Assembly (NCBI GenBank): GCA_003427395.1
Contig: BFEA01000033.1
Span: 1,603,116 to 1,667,115, forward strand
Length of the DNA: 64,000 bases
Source: Chara braunii
Lineage: Eukaryota; Plantae; Charophyceae
Direction: 5' to 3'
The first letter of the stretch is position 1; the number at the start of each line of letters is the position of its first letter. Positions 35,601 through 49,200 of the stretch are shown piece after piece. The translations under genes and the position numbers were made by a program. Under the pieces are notes generated by a model. That model was not told the DNA's origin and searched no databases. It saw nothing but the letters and a program-made list of their open reading frames with translations.

Positions 35601-36651
35601 CAAGCCTGCAACGAAACCCTCCTTGTCGAGAGAGAGGACGATTGAGATTAAAATAAATAAATAAATAAATAAATAAAAAATGCAGGTCATTTGCATTATT
35701 TGCGAGAAAACACTGTAAACAACACACACATAACAGCACACGTGGACTCTGCTGATGTTGTTAACGGATTTGTCAAAAGGTGTCATTGATTTCATGGCCT
35801 TCTTTCACAACTGCACCGACTCGCTAACGACGATCCCTTAAGAACGCACGCTTCCACTTCGACCACCATGAGTAATTTCTAGCACACCAAGAGCGGTTAG
35901 TCCTTGAAAATGCTCCCTACTTACGCCGTCTCTCCCAAATTCAAGCGTTGGGGTCCCCGTCGATGAGATCTCCACGGCTAAGACATTTCCCCCCCTGCTC
36001 CCCCATCGCACCCTCCGATCTGTCACCGCGCGACCTTTCCGACTTTGGAACGTGCCCTCTTCCACTTTGCCTTCCCCCACCTTCGTCGGATCCCCTGTCT
36101 CGCCTTTTCAACGAGGACTGTCCACGTGGCGCCATGTGCTAACGATCGATCTCAGTTGTACCACAACTAAAGGCGATGTGAGTCTGCCACATGGCGTGGA
36201 CAATGGTGAACGAACAAATCTTGAAGCGCCCGCGTACTATGCCACGGACGGACGCGCCCGTGAGGATAGCGCAGGTGTATAGCGATGGCGAGGACGATGA
36301 ACTCCAGGCGCCGTAGAAGACAACCCTCAGGCGAAACAAGGAATTGGCGCCTACGAACCGTAGCACATGCGCAGCAGCAGACCCGCACTGACCTTTATAC
36401 TGGTTGAACAAACCATCCCCTGCCTCGTCGCACTCCTGGTGTAACGACTTGAGTTCCCTACTTTCAAAAAAAAAAAAAAAAGTATACATATATATATATA
36501 AGGGCCACAACCGATTATGCCATGAACCACGCCTGTTGAAGGAAGACGTGCGGACTCAGCGCCGTCACTAAGGCACTGGCGGAAAACGAGCGAGGGATGC
36601 AACGTCAAAGCATGTATCGACATGACGACCAACCATATAGCTGAGGCGGCA

Positions 36652-38340
36652 TCAGGACCTGTCCCTGATGGCTTTCGCGATCTCCATCAACGCAGTGCAC
36701 ATGATCCTATTTGCCTCGTATAGACGCCTCGTGGTGTCGCTTATGGGCGTCGACCTCGCGCTCAAGTATGTCGCACTGCCGCTCCAGGATGGAACACTGC
36801 CGCTTGCTTGCCCTCTCCACAGTGTCCGCCATCAATGCACCGTGCTTTTCCATGACTTCGGTGATGGCATCGAACGTCTGCTAACGCATTTTCTTCCTCT
36901 TGCCAGCATCACCTGTGATGCCTGTACTGAGCCCGGACTCCCGCGCCGAACCTCCATCTTCGTCGTTGCCATCACCCGTGTCTCCCCCAGCGATGGATTC
37001 ACCTGCAACTGATGGCGGACGTTGGGTGTCCCCCGACATCTGCACTTCTCCACGGGCCCTCGAGACATGTTGTCAATCTCAAGGTACACTCGCTCATCCA
37101 TTCGGAAGTTGAAACCCTCTTTTGTTCTCAATACAGACGTTAAGTTGAAGAAGTTTTTCCCCTCAGAGGCGTTCTAGTATCGTTGCACCTTCTTATACTG
37201 CTGGAAGAGATTATCCCACTTCTTTCCGATGTCATCGGTCGTCCTCTTCACGCCCATCTCCACCAAACGTTTTTGCAGGTCTCGCAACTTCCATTCGTTG
37301 TTGCGCATGCGCCCGTAGTTGTGCGACATTCCATCGAAATAAGCTTGTTGGTCCCGCTTCGCTCGAGCGAGCTTCAACATCTCCACAACACTCCAAGTCG
37401 GATGTTTGCTACCCTTGTCGCCTACAGGAGCCCTCGATATTCGATCACCACAAGATCTCCGATTCTGTTGACGCCCGCATCCACCCCTCCCTCTACCACA
37501 AACACCCAGGGGTCAAATCTCCAAGTCATTTGCATCGTCCGCTTCGCCCTCGCAATGAAAATCTGAAGAATCATCACCAGTCGCCCTCTGGGTGTCGTCC
37601 GCATCGGCATCGCTTCCAACACACATCCTTGACACCCCATTCGTTATGTTCTCAGCGGTCGGTCCGCACATCTGTTGGCAACAGGACTCCCACACGTGCC
37701 TGCCAATTTCTTTCGGCGGGGTAGTGCTTGTGTTCGTCGCCGGTGCCGCCACCCTACGACGTGGTGGGGGTGAAGGCGTTGCCGAGTGGGGGGGTAACAC
37801 TGTCGGTGCATTGTCGCCAGATGTTCCCACGCCTCGTAAGTAGGAGGGCGCCGGACGACACCCATCTGTGCTGCCACCCACCAGACACGACCTTCTGCCA
37901 CGCCCCGCCACTCCTGCCCCATGCGCAGACGTTTGTCCGACGGTTGTGGCGGCGACGTGGCTCGATGCACAAGTGTTCGTAACCGGTGCACCAGTCCGGC
38001 TTGACAAACCGAAATCCAAGTCCACAATCTCCATGTCGCCTTCGTTGATACCCTTCACCAGCATTGCCGGGAACGACTGGCGACTTCTCTCTGCCTCCCT
38101 TTGTCAGCAATTGCTCCCCATCCAGTCCTGCGTAAATCCGCTCCCAAGAGGTAGAGTGTGAGACAGATCCTCCAACCATTCCTTTTTCGGATCCGGCGTT
38201 AACGGTTGCTCATGTAGTGACAGATGATTGTACAACATGGGGTCATACGCGGGTGTACGACATGCTGCTACTGTCGGGTCTAGAGTGGAGAAGTCGAGCG
38301 CACGTCTGTGCCGTCCGTTGGAGGTTTTCCGCCTTTCCAT
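36652..38340 (-). pseudogene. Harbinger Myb/SANT (trihelix-like) DNA-binding protein, disrupted
   Basis: ..EWKLRDLQKRLVEMGVKRTTDDIGKKWDNLFQQYKKVQRY (37386-37174); C-terminal helix ..LMEIAKAIRDRS* (stop 36654-36652); start approximate. Confidence 0.85.
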
Positions 38341-39566
38341 TGCTGCCTTCCTCGCCGTGCGTCGTTTCGTCTGTTCCCTGGACCCCGCACGACGACACAC
38401 ACACGCAACAAAACCACAAGCAGCAAGAGAAGAGTGGTCAGCAGCAGGAGCGGGACCCGTCGGAGCGCGTTTGCCATGAATCGCAGCAGGCGTGGAGTGC
38501 ATCGGCCAAAGCTTGCTTCCGTGCGCCTGTCAATACCCGACAATGCACGCTGCCAAGGAGAACTGCAGTCGGCCGACACTGCTTACACGTTGGCGGATTT
38601 TTTTTTTTTGAAAAAATCAACCGTTGGACACCACACCCGACGACGCGCACAAGGAAAAGCCCACCACAATCACCGCCTCGGAGCGGAAGAACCACCCCCA
38701 TTCCTTTACGCGCCAACGGTAATGACACAACGTCGTTGGGGGCCCGTCCCCTACTGGAGGCCGGCGGTGTCCGCCCGTCTAGACCACGAACTACCTGTGC
38801 ACCACGAAAACCTCCAAATTTTGGTGTCGACACATGCTCCACGACGATCCGTCAATCGCGGCTCCTTCTGTCGAAAGGACCTCGTGAGGACCCCTTGAAT
38901 CCAAGGACGTTTTGGCTGGGGATTCTGAGGAACCCAAATAAATCTCTCGGGAACGTTTTCACATTCATTCAAGGAATTTGGTGAATTAGGACGCGGTGTA
39001 TCGATGCCGATTTCCTAAAAATCGGATTTCCAAGGAGGGTCTAACGAGGCTCTCAGTCTCTCTCTCTTCCTCTCTCTCTCTTTTGCGCTTCGTCCCATTG
39101 CTTTGGGTACCTTAGGGCTGCGTTACACGTACCCACACCCTAGACAATTTTCAACATGGGCAATGTGCTGCCGTGAGATGTTCAGATCGGATGGCAGGAA
39201 CAATTGCTTTCTCGAAACCAAGCCTAAACCCCTGCTCGTGGGACTTAACCTCATCACACGAACACAGGCGCGACAATTTGCGCAACAGATATGCGGTTTG
39301 TGGGGTTCTACTGTGCCCTGTGCCCTGAGGGCGAGCTGTCGTTCCTGAAGTTGGTCACAACTCGCCTAGGATGACTCGTCCTGTGACTATGACCGTGATT
39401 TGACGGTCTACCAGTGCGTCTTTCCTTTCGTGTCTCACTCAAGCTGGTGTTGATTATTGATAGGGCTTATGATTGTGATGACTGGGTCGGCACCTCGACG
39501 ATATACATATTGACTTACCGTGAGGGCACGAGTGTGCAGCCCGTAGTTTGTATATGCTTGATTGAT

Positions 39567-39568
<2 letters not shown>

Positions 39569-39663
<95 letters not shown>

Positions 39664-39683
39664 NNNNNNNNNNNNNNNNNNNN

Positions 39684-39742
<59 letters not shown>
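39569..39742. repeat. (CA)n(GA)n microsatellite with N gap 39664-39683
   Basis: Directly visible. Confidence 0.95.
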
Positions 39743-39743
<1 letters not shown>

Positions 39744-39918
39744 ACTTTCGTCGGACTTTTCTGGCCCTGCCCCCGACCCAGCGCGCCCTCTCCATTTGCC
39801 CCTGCTTTGCCACCGTTTCGATTTCGCGCCTGCGCACTTTCGTCGGACTTTTCAGCCCCGGCCCCCGGTCCTGTGCGCCCTTTCCATTTGCCCCTGCTTT
39901 GCCACCGTTTCGATTTCG
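39742..39918. repeat. ~92-bp two-copy tandem repeat
   Basis: gcactttcgtcggactttt...ccatttgcccctgctttgccaccgtttcgatttcg occurs twice. Confidence 0.85.
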
Positions 39919-40630
39919 ACCAAAACCCGTTCCGACCAACACCCAAAGCGCAGTCCCACCGGCAGCTACCGGTCCCTCATTTTTCAGACAAACTGCCACA
40001 CCCCCCCAAAGTGCCATACCTGCACCTTCTTGCATTTTTCGAGCCTTCCACCGACCACAGGACCCGTAATGAACGACCGGTATAACGAAGGATGACGAAA
40101 AAATGTCCCCATGTCTCAAAGGGGGAATAACGCACCCCTGACGGGCTGCTAATACATACACACCTCTAATGACCTACAGAACTAGTATTACTTCCCGTAA
40201 TAAACTGACCTACAGAACTAGTATTATTTCCCGTAATAAACTATGTTGAAGCGCGGACAGGACGAGCTTGATATATAAGCCAACATTCGCATAAGTTGCT
40301 GTGCTAGAAGCCCACACCGCATAAAATAATCTCTCGGCTGGAGTGGGGCATGGGCGGGACCTGGACCCGGAGAGCAAGTAAGGCTGGACGGCGGAAACCT
40401 GGTCCCGGCCGCTGTTCCCGCTGACCTGGATCCAGCCCATTCCCAGCCCAGGTTTTTTCTTGTGGAGGACACCTGCTTTTTCTTTATGTGCGTGCGCGTG
40501 CCGGCAGTGGTACGGCGTTGTTTGTAGCAGAGTAAGCAAACGGACTCCATCGCTGCTAGAGCAGTTTAACTTGCTGACGCTAAAGAGATCAGAGGTGGTC
40601 CCGCAGTACGTAGGCATCAAGGCGTCAGTC

Positions 40631-43600
40631 ATGGCGGGCGGAGAGAGTGGTAAGGTGGAGGATCATGCATCGACGACTTCAGCTGCAGCTGCCGAGGAAG
40701 AGGAGAGAACCCCGGAAGAGGAGGAAGACACGGGAGCGAACTTCGCTCCCCTTGTCAAGCTGGAAGAGGTGGCAGTAAGCACAGGAGAGGAGGCTGAAAA
40801 CACCTTGTTTGAGATGTGAGTCACCTTCGCATAACCATTCAAAACTGCGTGACACTATGGGGTGCTGTTTGACGCAATAACCTTCGCATAACCATTCAAA
40901 ACTGCGTGACACTAGTGCGTTTGACGCCAATCCTACATATCACGTTTTCCATCTACGGCGGCGCATGATGTTAAAGTAGCGTTGTTCCTATTGTAATGTT
41001 GCACGCTTACTTGTTTTGTAAATTGTACCGCGTTCCGCGATGAACTCGAAGCAGCGGTTTGCCTCGTCTAGCTATGTTTTGTCTTTGCCTTATTCTGTCG
41101 CTCGTTCTCTATTCACTGCATTTGGTTGTTCTGTGTTGATGTTGGTGCTTGTGTTTTTGGGGTTCCTGTGACGACGACAGCAAAGCGAAGTTGTACAGGT
41201 TCGACAAGTCGAGAAGCGAGTGGAAAGAGCGTGGAGTCGGGCAAGTTAAGTTGCTGGAGCATAAGGAGACGAAGAAAATCCGCCTGCTCATGAGGCAGCA
41301 ACGCACGTTGAAGATCTGTGCGAATCACGGTGGTGAGTATAGTTGCTCTGATGGGTATCTTCTTCCTCGCAACTTGCGGGCTATTCGGTTGATTAGGGCA
41401 TTTTATCATGTAGGAGAAGTTCTGAGTCGCATGCTCAAGGAGCGTATGTATGCAGAAGTACACGTGGCTTAAGAATGCTATGTATGAGTTCATCGGCCGC
41501 CTGGTTCATAGTCGGGGTTTTTTATATGGGCACCGGCGAAGTCTACCTTTTGCGACCCTAACCTAAAGGAGGTGGATGGAGAAGCGCGTAAGTGAGCGCC
41601 TGCTGAAAATGCCGTGAACGTGGGTTTTGTCGGTGTACATAATGCTCTATGCTCTACGATGTCTGTAAGTTTAGTTTTCGGCCGTCCGCTAAACTCTTGG
41701 GTCATGTCGATCGCGTTGCCGATTTTATCGTCCATTTGGTTGATCTTTGTGTATGTTGCTGGGGCTGTACTGTCACCCACTCGTGCAGTTTCGCCTATTA
41801 TACCGTCATATCTATCATGGTTAGAAAAGTTGTTTTTCTGCGGCAGCGTTCATCCTCACCATGGCCGCTCATCGTGCAATAGCTGGCTGGTACCGGCTCG
41901 TGTATGCGTCTATCATGCGTAGTCTTATGATGTTGTCATGTGCACTGTTTCGGGAGCTTGTATCGTCTTCCATTCCAAGTAAAGGTCTATGTTGATGTAG
42001 CCATGTGCGCACCGTTTCGGTAGTTAGTCTTTCATCCCATGTGTAGGTGGATGTTATTCCGCTGTACGGTAGCAGCAAGCGGTAGTGAGATTATTGCGTT
42101 TGCAATGTCTACACGGTTTTCTGTAGGACATGCGCAGTTTTTCCCCTTTGTCCTGACGGTTTGGAAATTGAGAATATGGATGTCGCTGTTCCCGCTCTGG
42201 AAGGTGATCCCCTAGGAGCTTGGTGTATATGCCTTTGGCTAGACGTCATTGATGGTGATTAGCGGGAGCGGCGTTGTGTGGGAGGGGCAGACGTTCATCA
42301 CTGACCTCTACCAAAATTAGCACGCTAATGGAGAGCTGTATGACAGGAGTAGAGAAGATCACTATAATCTGCGGCGCAACCGTTCTTACCTTTCCGAACG
42401 GGACAGGTTTGTTTCCATTTGGATGCGCAGGGGTTGGCCCCCTTATCTGGGAGTCGGTGACGGTGTAACGGGGGGTCCAGTGAAACAAGGACAAATAGGT
42501 TAGGGAACTCCAAGCGAGTAGTTGTGTTAATGAGCCGTCTAATGGGCAACCATTGCGCACGGCTCGGAGGTACAAGTCTGTGCAAATCGCATTTGTTTTG
42601 TCCCCTAACCCTTTTGATGATGCCAGAAGTCGTTTTGGTATATGATTGTACCTTCCGTTCTTTTTTTCCCTTCTGGGCCGAATATGTGCCACCGTATGAA
42701 CTGCTCATTTGTACAATCAATATGCTAGTAAATGACAGACTGTTGAAGTCCGCATCGGAGACGGACAGGACTAACGTCCTTGAAGATACTCGTAGTGAAG
42801 AACTCGCTGCGAAGACTCGAGCTCCTCGTGAAGAGTGATCACTGGGAATGGACAACCTTTGGTTGAACCCCGACCGTGTCTCTGATACGCAGCTGAGTGG
42901 AATGCTCGTGAACGTGAGATGCTGGTGACATAAAATACCCGGATGTGTCTCGGCAAGCAGATCCTCTCTGTGCGCACGGTTGTCGTTGAAGTTAATGATG
43001 AGCATCGCGCTCTCCAGTTTGTACGGTTGCTTGTCGTGGTTCCCTCTCTCTCCGCTTTCCGATTTGTTTCCAATTTTAAACATGCTGTTCATTCATTCGT
43101 AGTCAAGTTTTTAGCCGCGCCCTGTTCGGATCGTTTAGTATCTTGCAAGTAGTGCAGTTCTCCTCCGAGCAGTTGTCGAAGTCTCTTTGTTGCTTTCCCA
43201 GTGGCTTAACTGGTTCAGAAGTTTTTGTCTTGCGGGGAACGCTAGAATGGCGAGTCGGTCTGGTGCGCTTCTCGAGATGGAAAATCCGTCGTGCTGAATG
43301 AAGTCGGTTGCTCAGTTTGTGGGGTTTGTCACATTGATTGCATTCATTCCCGTCTTCTTTTGCTAATGCTTGCGTTCCGATGTTACTTCGACGGTGGGTA
43401 AATGTTGTCGAACTAGTGTTCCTCCAGTCATTGAGTAATGGGCGCGCATCTCTCTGGTTGCGGATGAGCGGGGAGCTGCGGTCTGTCCAATTGTCGATGA
43501 TGTGAACTAGAATCCCTCTAGATGTCGATGAATGAGTAGGACATATTTCTCTGGTGGCGGACGAGTGAGGAACTGGGGTCTGTCCTATTGTCGATGTCGA

Positions 43601-46213
43601 CTCGTTTGAAAGCCAAGACCACATGGCGTGTGAGCTACCTGGGAATTCTGGGGAAGGTGTGGCTTGGCGGCAAGCTTACCACATTGCGTGTGAGCTACCT
43701 GGGAATTCTGGCGAAGGTGTGCGTTGGCAGCAAGCTTCCTGCGAAAACCGTAGCTCTTCGGCCGCCTATTCGATGTGTCCAGTGGTGGGTGTGTTGCTGT
43801 GCGGGAGGCAGGTATCATCAGGACGTTCTGGCCGCGTCCCTGTCGATTACCTGTCTAATCGGGCGCGGAGCGCGTGATGTACTTGGCCGAGGCGTTCAGC
43901 TGGCCTGATGTCGTTGCCGTCCTATTGCTAGTTCCGCTTGTCTGTGGCAACGCTGGGGTGATTGACGTTGGATGCTGTTTCGTAGTGGCGCTGCTTTCCG
44001 ATCACTCTGGTGTTTACTGAAGGAGTACCTGTATTATCATCCAGAGGCGGAGCAGTCATGGGAATGAACGGCAGTGCGACATCTTGTCGTCATTTGGGTT
44101 GTCCCTACAATAGCGGGCAGAAGCTGACGATACGGCGCAGTACCATCGAGGGCACCGGATTAAGGCTGGGGAACTGTAGTGGCATGTAGTTCTGCTGCTG
44201 ATGAATGACGAGTGCCGTGGGATGTAAGTCTGCTGCTGACAGAACACATCACGCACTGACAGTACTCTGGGCGGGATACGACCGTGGAATTTACCTAGAG
44301 TTAATGATCACGTCCGCAATGGAAGGGAGGCAGCAGGTATTCTCTCTCGGTAAGGTTTCCTGTTGACATAGCCGGCGGTGAGCTGCGTTGTTTGACCGCG
44401 ATGGACGGTCCGTTGTGATTTCCCACTCGAGGAGGATTGGACTGAGCAAAGCTTGTTTGCGAGCATACGGGGGCTGCAATCGTGTGGCGGAGGGTATGTT
44501 TGATGACGGTTGGATGGTGGGAACGGCAATTTACAGTGAGTTTGTCGTTCTATGTAGCTGTGGCTGCGAACGGTTGAGTATAGGAACCAGATTTTGTGGT
44601 TTTCGTTGTATGATTTCGAAGAACTAGGCTGGGCGATCGAACCCGCGGGATCGTATGGTTGAAGTCGTCGTATGCACATCCGGTCGGTGAGGTGGGTTGG
44701 GTGACTTCAAAGAAGCGATGCGCAGGACAAGTCGGGTCTTTAGCTGTGTTGGCGTTCGCTGGCTTGTTTAGAAGGGAGGCTGCGACGGAATGAAGTAGAC
44801 GAGATGGGGTTGTGTTGGTGTTTATGAGGGAGGGGTGCATGTGGGTTACGTCATAATCTGGGCAGATGGTGGCTGATAGCAGTAGGGATGATGCACTAGA
44901 TGGGGTGTGTGTTGGTGGTTACGAGGGGCGTTTGAATGTGGGTTACGATGGTATCTGGTGAGATGGTGGGTGTTAAGTGCGTGGTACCAGGTGCGGTTTC
45001 ATTTTGACGTTTTTGTTTGGCGGTTCCCTTTTGTTGTTTCTCCTTGTGCAGTGTCACCAAGCATTACGCTTCAAGAACATGCGGGAAGTGACAAGTCCTG
45101 GGTGTGGCATGCTATCGATTTCGCAGACGGAGAGCAGAAGGACGAGTTGTTCGCCATGCGATTTGGCAGCGTTGAGAGTAAGTTCTCTTCCCTGAAGGGC
45201 CTTCCCTGAAGGGGGATACATCCTTGTCTTCATCTGTGGAATTTGCGGAAAGGAAACTCTCGGCGATTGACGGTAAATATTCGTGCAATGAGGCATTTGC
45301 ACTTTGGGAGCGTGTGTTTTATTGCGATACGGACGTTGTTGTTGGGAGTAGCGAATTGGTCTCTCCAGTCTGTGCTGTGGTTCGAGTATCGCGTATAGTC
45401 TATCGGACGTAGGTGTTGGGAGTAGCGAACTGGCCTGTCCAGTCTGTGGCGTTGTTTGGATATCGCGTATAGCCTATTTCGTGACGTAAGGGGGCATGGG
45501 AGGTTTCATCCGCGCCGCGTCGAGGGCGGACGTCGAGATGCGCGCACAGGTGTGCTTGTCTCATCTGATGTGCGAGGTCGAGGGCAGACTTCTTTCCGCT
45601 TAGGTGAAACTATATTGCATTTGTTTCGTTCGCGATCATCGTCTTCGTGGGTTGAGGTAACGGTGTGTGGAAGCCGATGCGGGAACAGGCGTGCTTGTCT
45701 CATGCGATGTGACATCCCTTTCCGTTTAGGTGAAATCGTGTTGCATTTGTCTTGTGCGTCATCGTGGTCTTCGTGGGTTGAGGCAATCGTGTGGAAGGCG
45801 ATGCGCTCGCAGGGGTGCTTGTCTCATGTGATGTGTGAGACCCCTTTCTGTGCAGGTGAAAACGTAGTGTTTCCTGCGCGATCATCGTTTTCGTGGGTTG
45901 AGGTAACGGTGGTGTGTTCAGAGGTTTACGAATGCGTTTCTCTGACAGCTGTTTGCGGTTTTGTCTTGTCTGACGCACAGGTGCCGAGAAGTTCAAGAAC
46001 GCTTTCGAAGAGGCGCGGTCAACGATGTGCGAATTATTGGGGGTGAAAGCTGAAAACCAGGAGCAGGAGGACGAGAACGAGGAGGAAGACAAGGAAGAAG
46101 AGGAGGTGGAGGGGGGGTTCACGGTTGTAAAAGGGATGGAGAAGCTCAAGGTGGAAGATGGGAAGGACGCGAAAGATGCGGAGGAGGCTGCGAAGCAGCA
46201 AGAGACCGTATGA
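40631..46213 (+). CDS. RANBP1: Ran-binding protein 1 homologue, 4 exons: 40631-40815, 41181-41332, 45052-45177, 45981-46213 (231 aa)
   Basis: All introns GT-AG with consistent phases (2,1,1), total 696 nt. RanBD motifs: [88 protein letters not shown]; acidic tail with NES-like MEKLKV. Confidence 0.95.
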
Positions 46214-49200
46214 ACAGGTGACTGTATTTACTACCGAGTTCTATTGTTCGAGCTTGAAGGAAGAATGACGTGATGTCGAGCGGCAGGCGAAAGTGGCTGC
46301 CTAAAGAACCGAGCTCGGACCGATCTGCCATCTTCTGAGCGCATCATGGCCGCAGGCTGTTGCGCGCGCACTTATATTTCGATTGGGCAATTATGACTGT
46401 GGAGCGTAGCGTGGGGCTGTGCTCGATCCAAGGCTTGCGCATTCGGTCGTTACCTGTCCTGCGTGTCCTTTGCTTGCTCACTGGGAATAGTCGGCGGATG
46501 GCCTTGTTTTTAAGATATGGTGTTCGTCATGTTATTGGATGGAGAACGTGGGCAAATGGCGATCGCAGAGGTGAGATGCAGGGGGACGTCTGCTGAAGTC
46601 GTGGCCATCGGTTTCCTTGGAATCTTTGTTCTGCAGCTCCGGTGATGGTCTTTTCCTTTCTTTGGTCACGTGGGTGAAATCTATCCAGTAATCTCCGTTC
46701 TTTATCCTCGCGTTCCTGCTGTTAGGGTTAGCGGTCTTTGATCTCTTAGGAAGCGCATAGCGTATCAATTCCCTCGGAGTTTGCTGTTTCTGTATCTCTT
46801 TCGTTCTTAAGGGTGATATGTTCAATCGGTTTTCTCTTAGTTGGCTCTCTTCGCATTTCAGCTCTCGTTGGGGTGATAGATTAAGGAGCTTTTGTTTGAA
46901 ATCAATGTGTGCCGGCCATCAGCCTGCTATGTGTTTGAGAGAGATTTTCCGTCTCGGAAAACGGAGGAAATGCCATTGGAAGGGCAGACTGCAATTGATG
47001 AGGACGAGCGGGATAGGTAGAGAGTAGAGTTTCGATCGTCCTCTTCAGCTTGTGATGTCTTGACGTGTTCTTGTTCTGTTTTTTTTTTGTTTTGCCCGAC
47101 TCGCTTTGTCATTGATTGTGCGAAGACTCGAAAGCGGATGAGTTTCAAATTTGTTGCCGTCTATAATATGTCAAGCAAGTGAAGTGGGTGGAATATGCAT
47201 CAAGGGTCTCCGGTCGAGTCCGTTTGGGGGGCCTCTGGGTCGAGGACACGGTTTTTTTCAACGGTAATGTTTTTTTGATTTGTCAATGAGCTTGTTATGT
47301 GCATTACTGAGTGATCTTATACGCAAACCGGCTGATGGCTGTTTCGTGCAATTAATGTTGTGATAGAAATCGAGCACGAACTGTATTGTTATGGTCCTTG
47401 TCCTCGCCGCTGGTTTGATCTTTGAGTCTTATCGACGCTGTTTGCACTTTCCGGTCTGAAGTTCCTGTTGTCATGGTCCCAGTATATGCAAGGATCTTAC
47501 CATGTATATGCAAGGATCTTGTCATGACGGTCAGAAGGTTCCCAAAAGATCTTTTTTCATTTTCGTTGCTACACTCTTGAAAGCTTCCTGTCGCTTGTGC
47601 AAATTCGGTCTGTTTCTCACCTGCGTAGTAAACTGGGTGTCTGTCTGTCACTTGTGCAAATTGTGTGCCCGTCTGTCGCCTGTGTCATCCGTCCCTTGTG
47701 CAAATTTGGTCTGTTTCTCACCTGCGTAGTAAACTGGGTGCCTGTCTGTCACTTGTGCAAATTGTGTGCCCGTCTGTCGTCTGTGTCAATCCGGCCTGTC
47801 CGGGCCAGTGTTAATTTAGTGGGTGTCTTTTACTCGAGTAATTGGGTGTCTGTCTTGACCTTTGTAAATTGGTTCTGTCTGTCACCTGTGTAGACTAGGT
47901 GTGTCCCTCGCCTTTGGAAATTGGGTACAGTGGTGCATGAGTGCTGTGCATTCATTTACCATTGGGGTTGGCCAAGGTATAACGGGATGTGTGTTTGAGT
48001 TTCTGGCAAGAAGTGAACTGGAACAAAACGGAAAGAGGGTATAATCGTTGATACCCTTTTGCCAGGCAGGAGAAGGAAGGAGAGGATGTTTAGGTACGTC
48101 CTTTGCCTGTTTTTTCTGCTTTTCTCTGTTTTGTAAATAAGCTCTCAGCTTTGTGGGAATGTTTTGGATATAGGCATGGCTGCACCTTGCAAATTCCACT
48201 TTGTGCGTGATGTCTGCGAAGTCGACATTTTTGCACGCAGACGATGGCACGCAATGGCAATGAGACCGTCTACTGGCGAGTTAGAAACGTTGCACTTCAC
48301 ATCACAGGGGACTAAAACAATCATTAAGACTTCTGTGAGTGAATTTGTTCGTAACTGCTGTCTTCTCTCGCTGCTAAATCAGTGTGGGAATGTGTTGGAA
48401 ATAGGCATGAATGCATTTAGGTTGACATTTCTGCGTGCATTCGATGGCACGCAGTGGAAATTGCGGTGAACTGGAAACGTTTACATCTCAGGGGACTACA
48501 GCAATCATTAAAACTGATATGGCTGAATTTGTTCGTAATTGCGGTCAACCTCACTCGCTGCTGAATCTGTGCGTAATTGCGGTCTTCATTTAGTGAAGTC
48601 CACTCTCGAGTATGCCCGTAGAAGAGATGTAAACGGGAGAAGATCAGACGGTCCGTGATTGGGGTGGATAAGAGAGGACTTTGTTTGTTGAATAACCTTC
48701 TTTAGGTGGCCTTGAGCAGAGCCGTTTGTGAACAGGGAAGGATGGGTAGGATCTGCGGGTGTGAATTACGCAAAATATGACCTTCACCGGCTTCAATGCC
48801 CTTTCGCACTTATGCAAGTTTAAATTGACTCTCCCTTCTCCATGCCCGTGCGCAGGGGCCGAAAGCTTGATATTATATTCAGCTGGGGTTGGTCTCATCA
48901 CTCTGTCCTCGTAGGGGGAATCAGAACAGTGGTGCAAGATAATCTGTGCGTTAGTATTGTGTTCGTAGTTAAGGGAGACTGATTTGTGAAGCATTTGATA
49001 TTCCATTGGGGAGTATGCCCTCCGACGGCACATCTACGACAGTCGTATCATTTAATATATATTGAAAAATCCACCTTCGGAGATGGAGTGCAGAAAGGGA
49101 GGCTCAATTTCATTCCAGCAGGAAGGGCTATAGTTGAACGGGGTCGATGTGGCTATTAAATCGTTCACGTGCAACTGTTAACAAGCAGGTCATGAGTTCG

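Larger units (their letters stand above)
32347..39052 (+). mobile_element. PIF/Harbinger DNA transposon (full-length, decayed)
   Basis: TIRs G(T/A)GCCTCGTTAGACCCTCC(A/T)TGGAAA at both ends; TCA target duplication at 32344-32346 and 39053-39055; convergent transposase and Myb/SANT genes. Confidence 0.93.

Noticed and set aside
31797-39345. Weak inverted similarity between 31797-31925 and 39229-39345, suggesting an older host element
   Set aside because: Too patchy to establish without alignment statistics.
41333-45051. Many 60-255-aa ORFs in RanBP1 intron 2
   Set aside because: No recognisable motifs; expected by chance at this GC content. No snoRNA or tRNA could be supported by eye.
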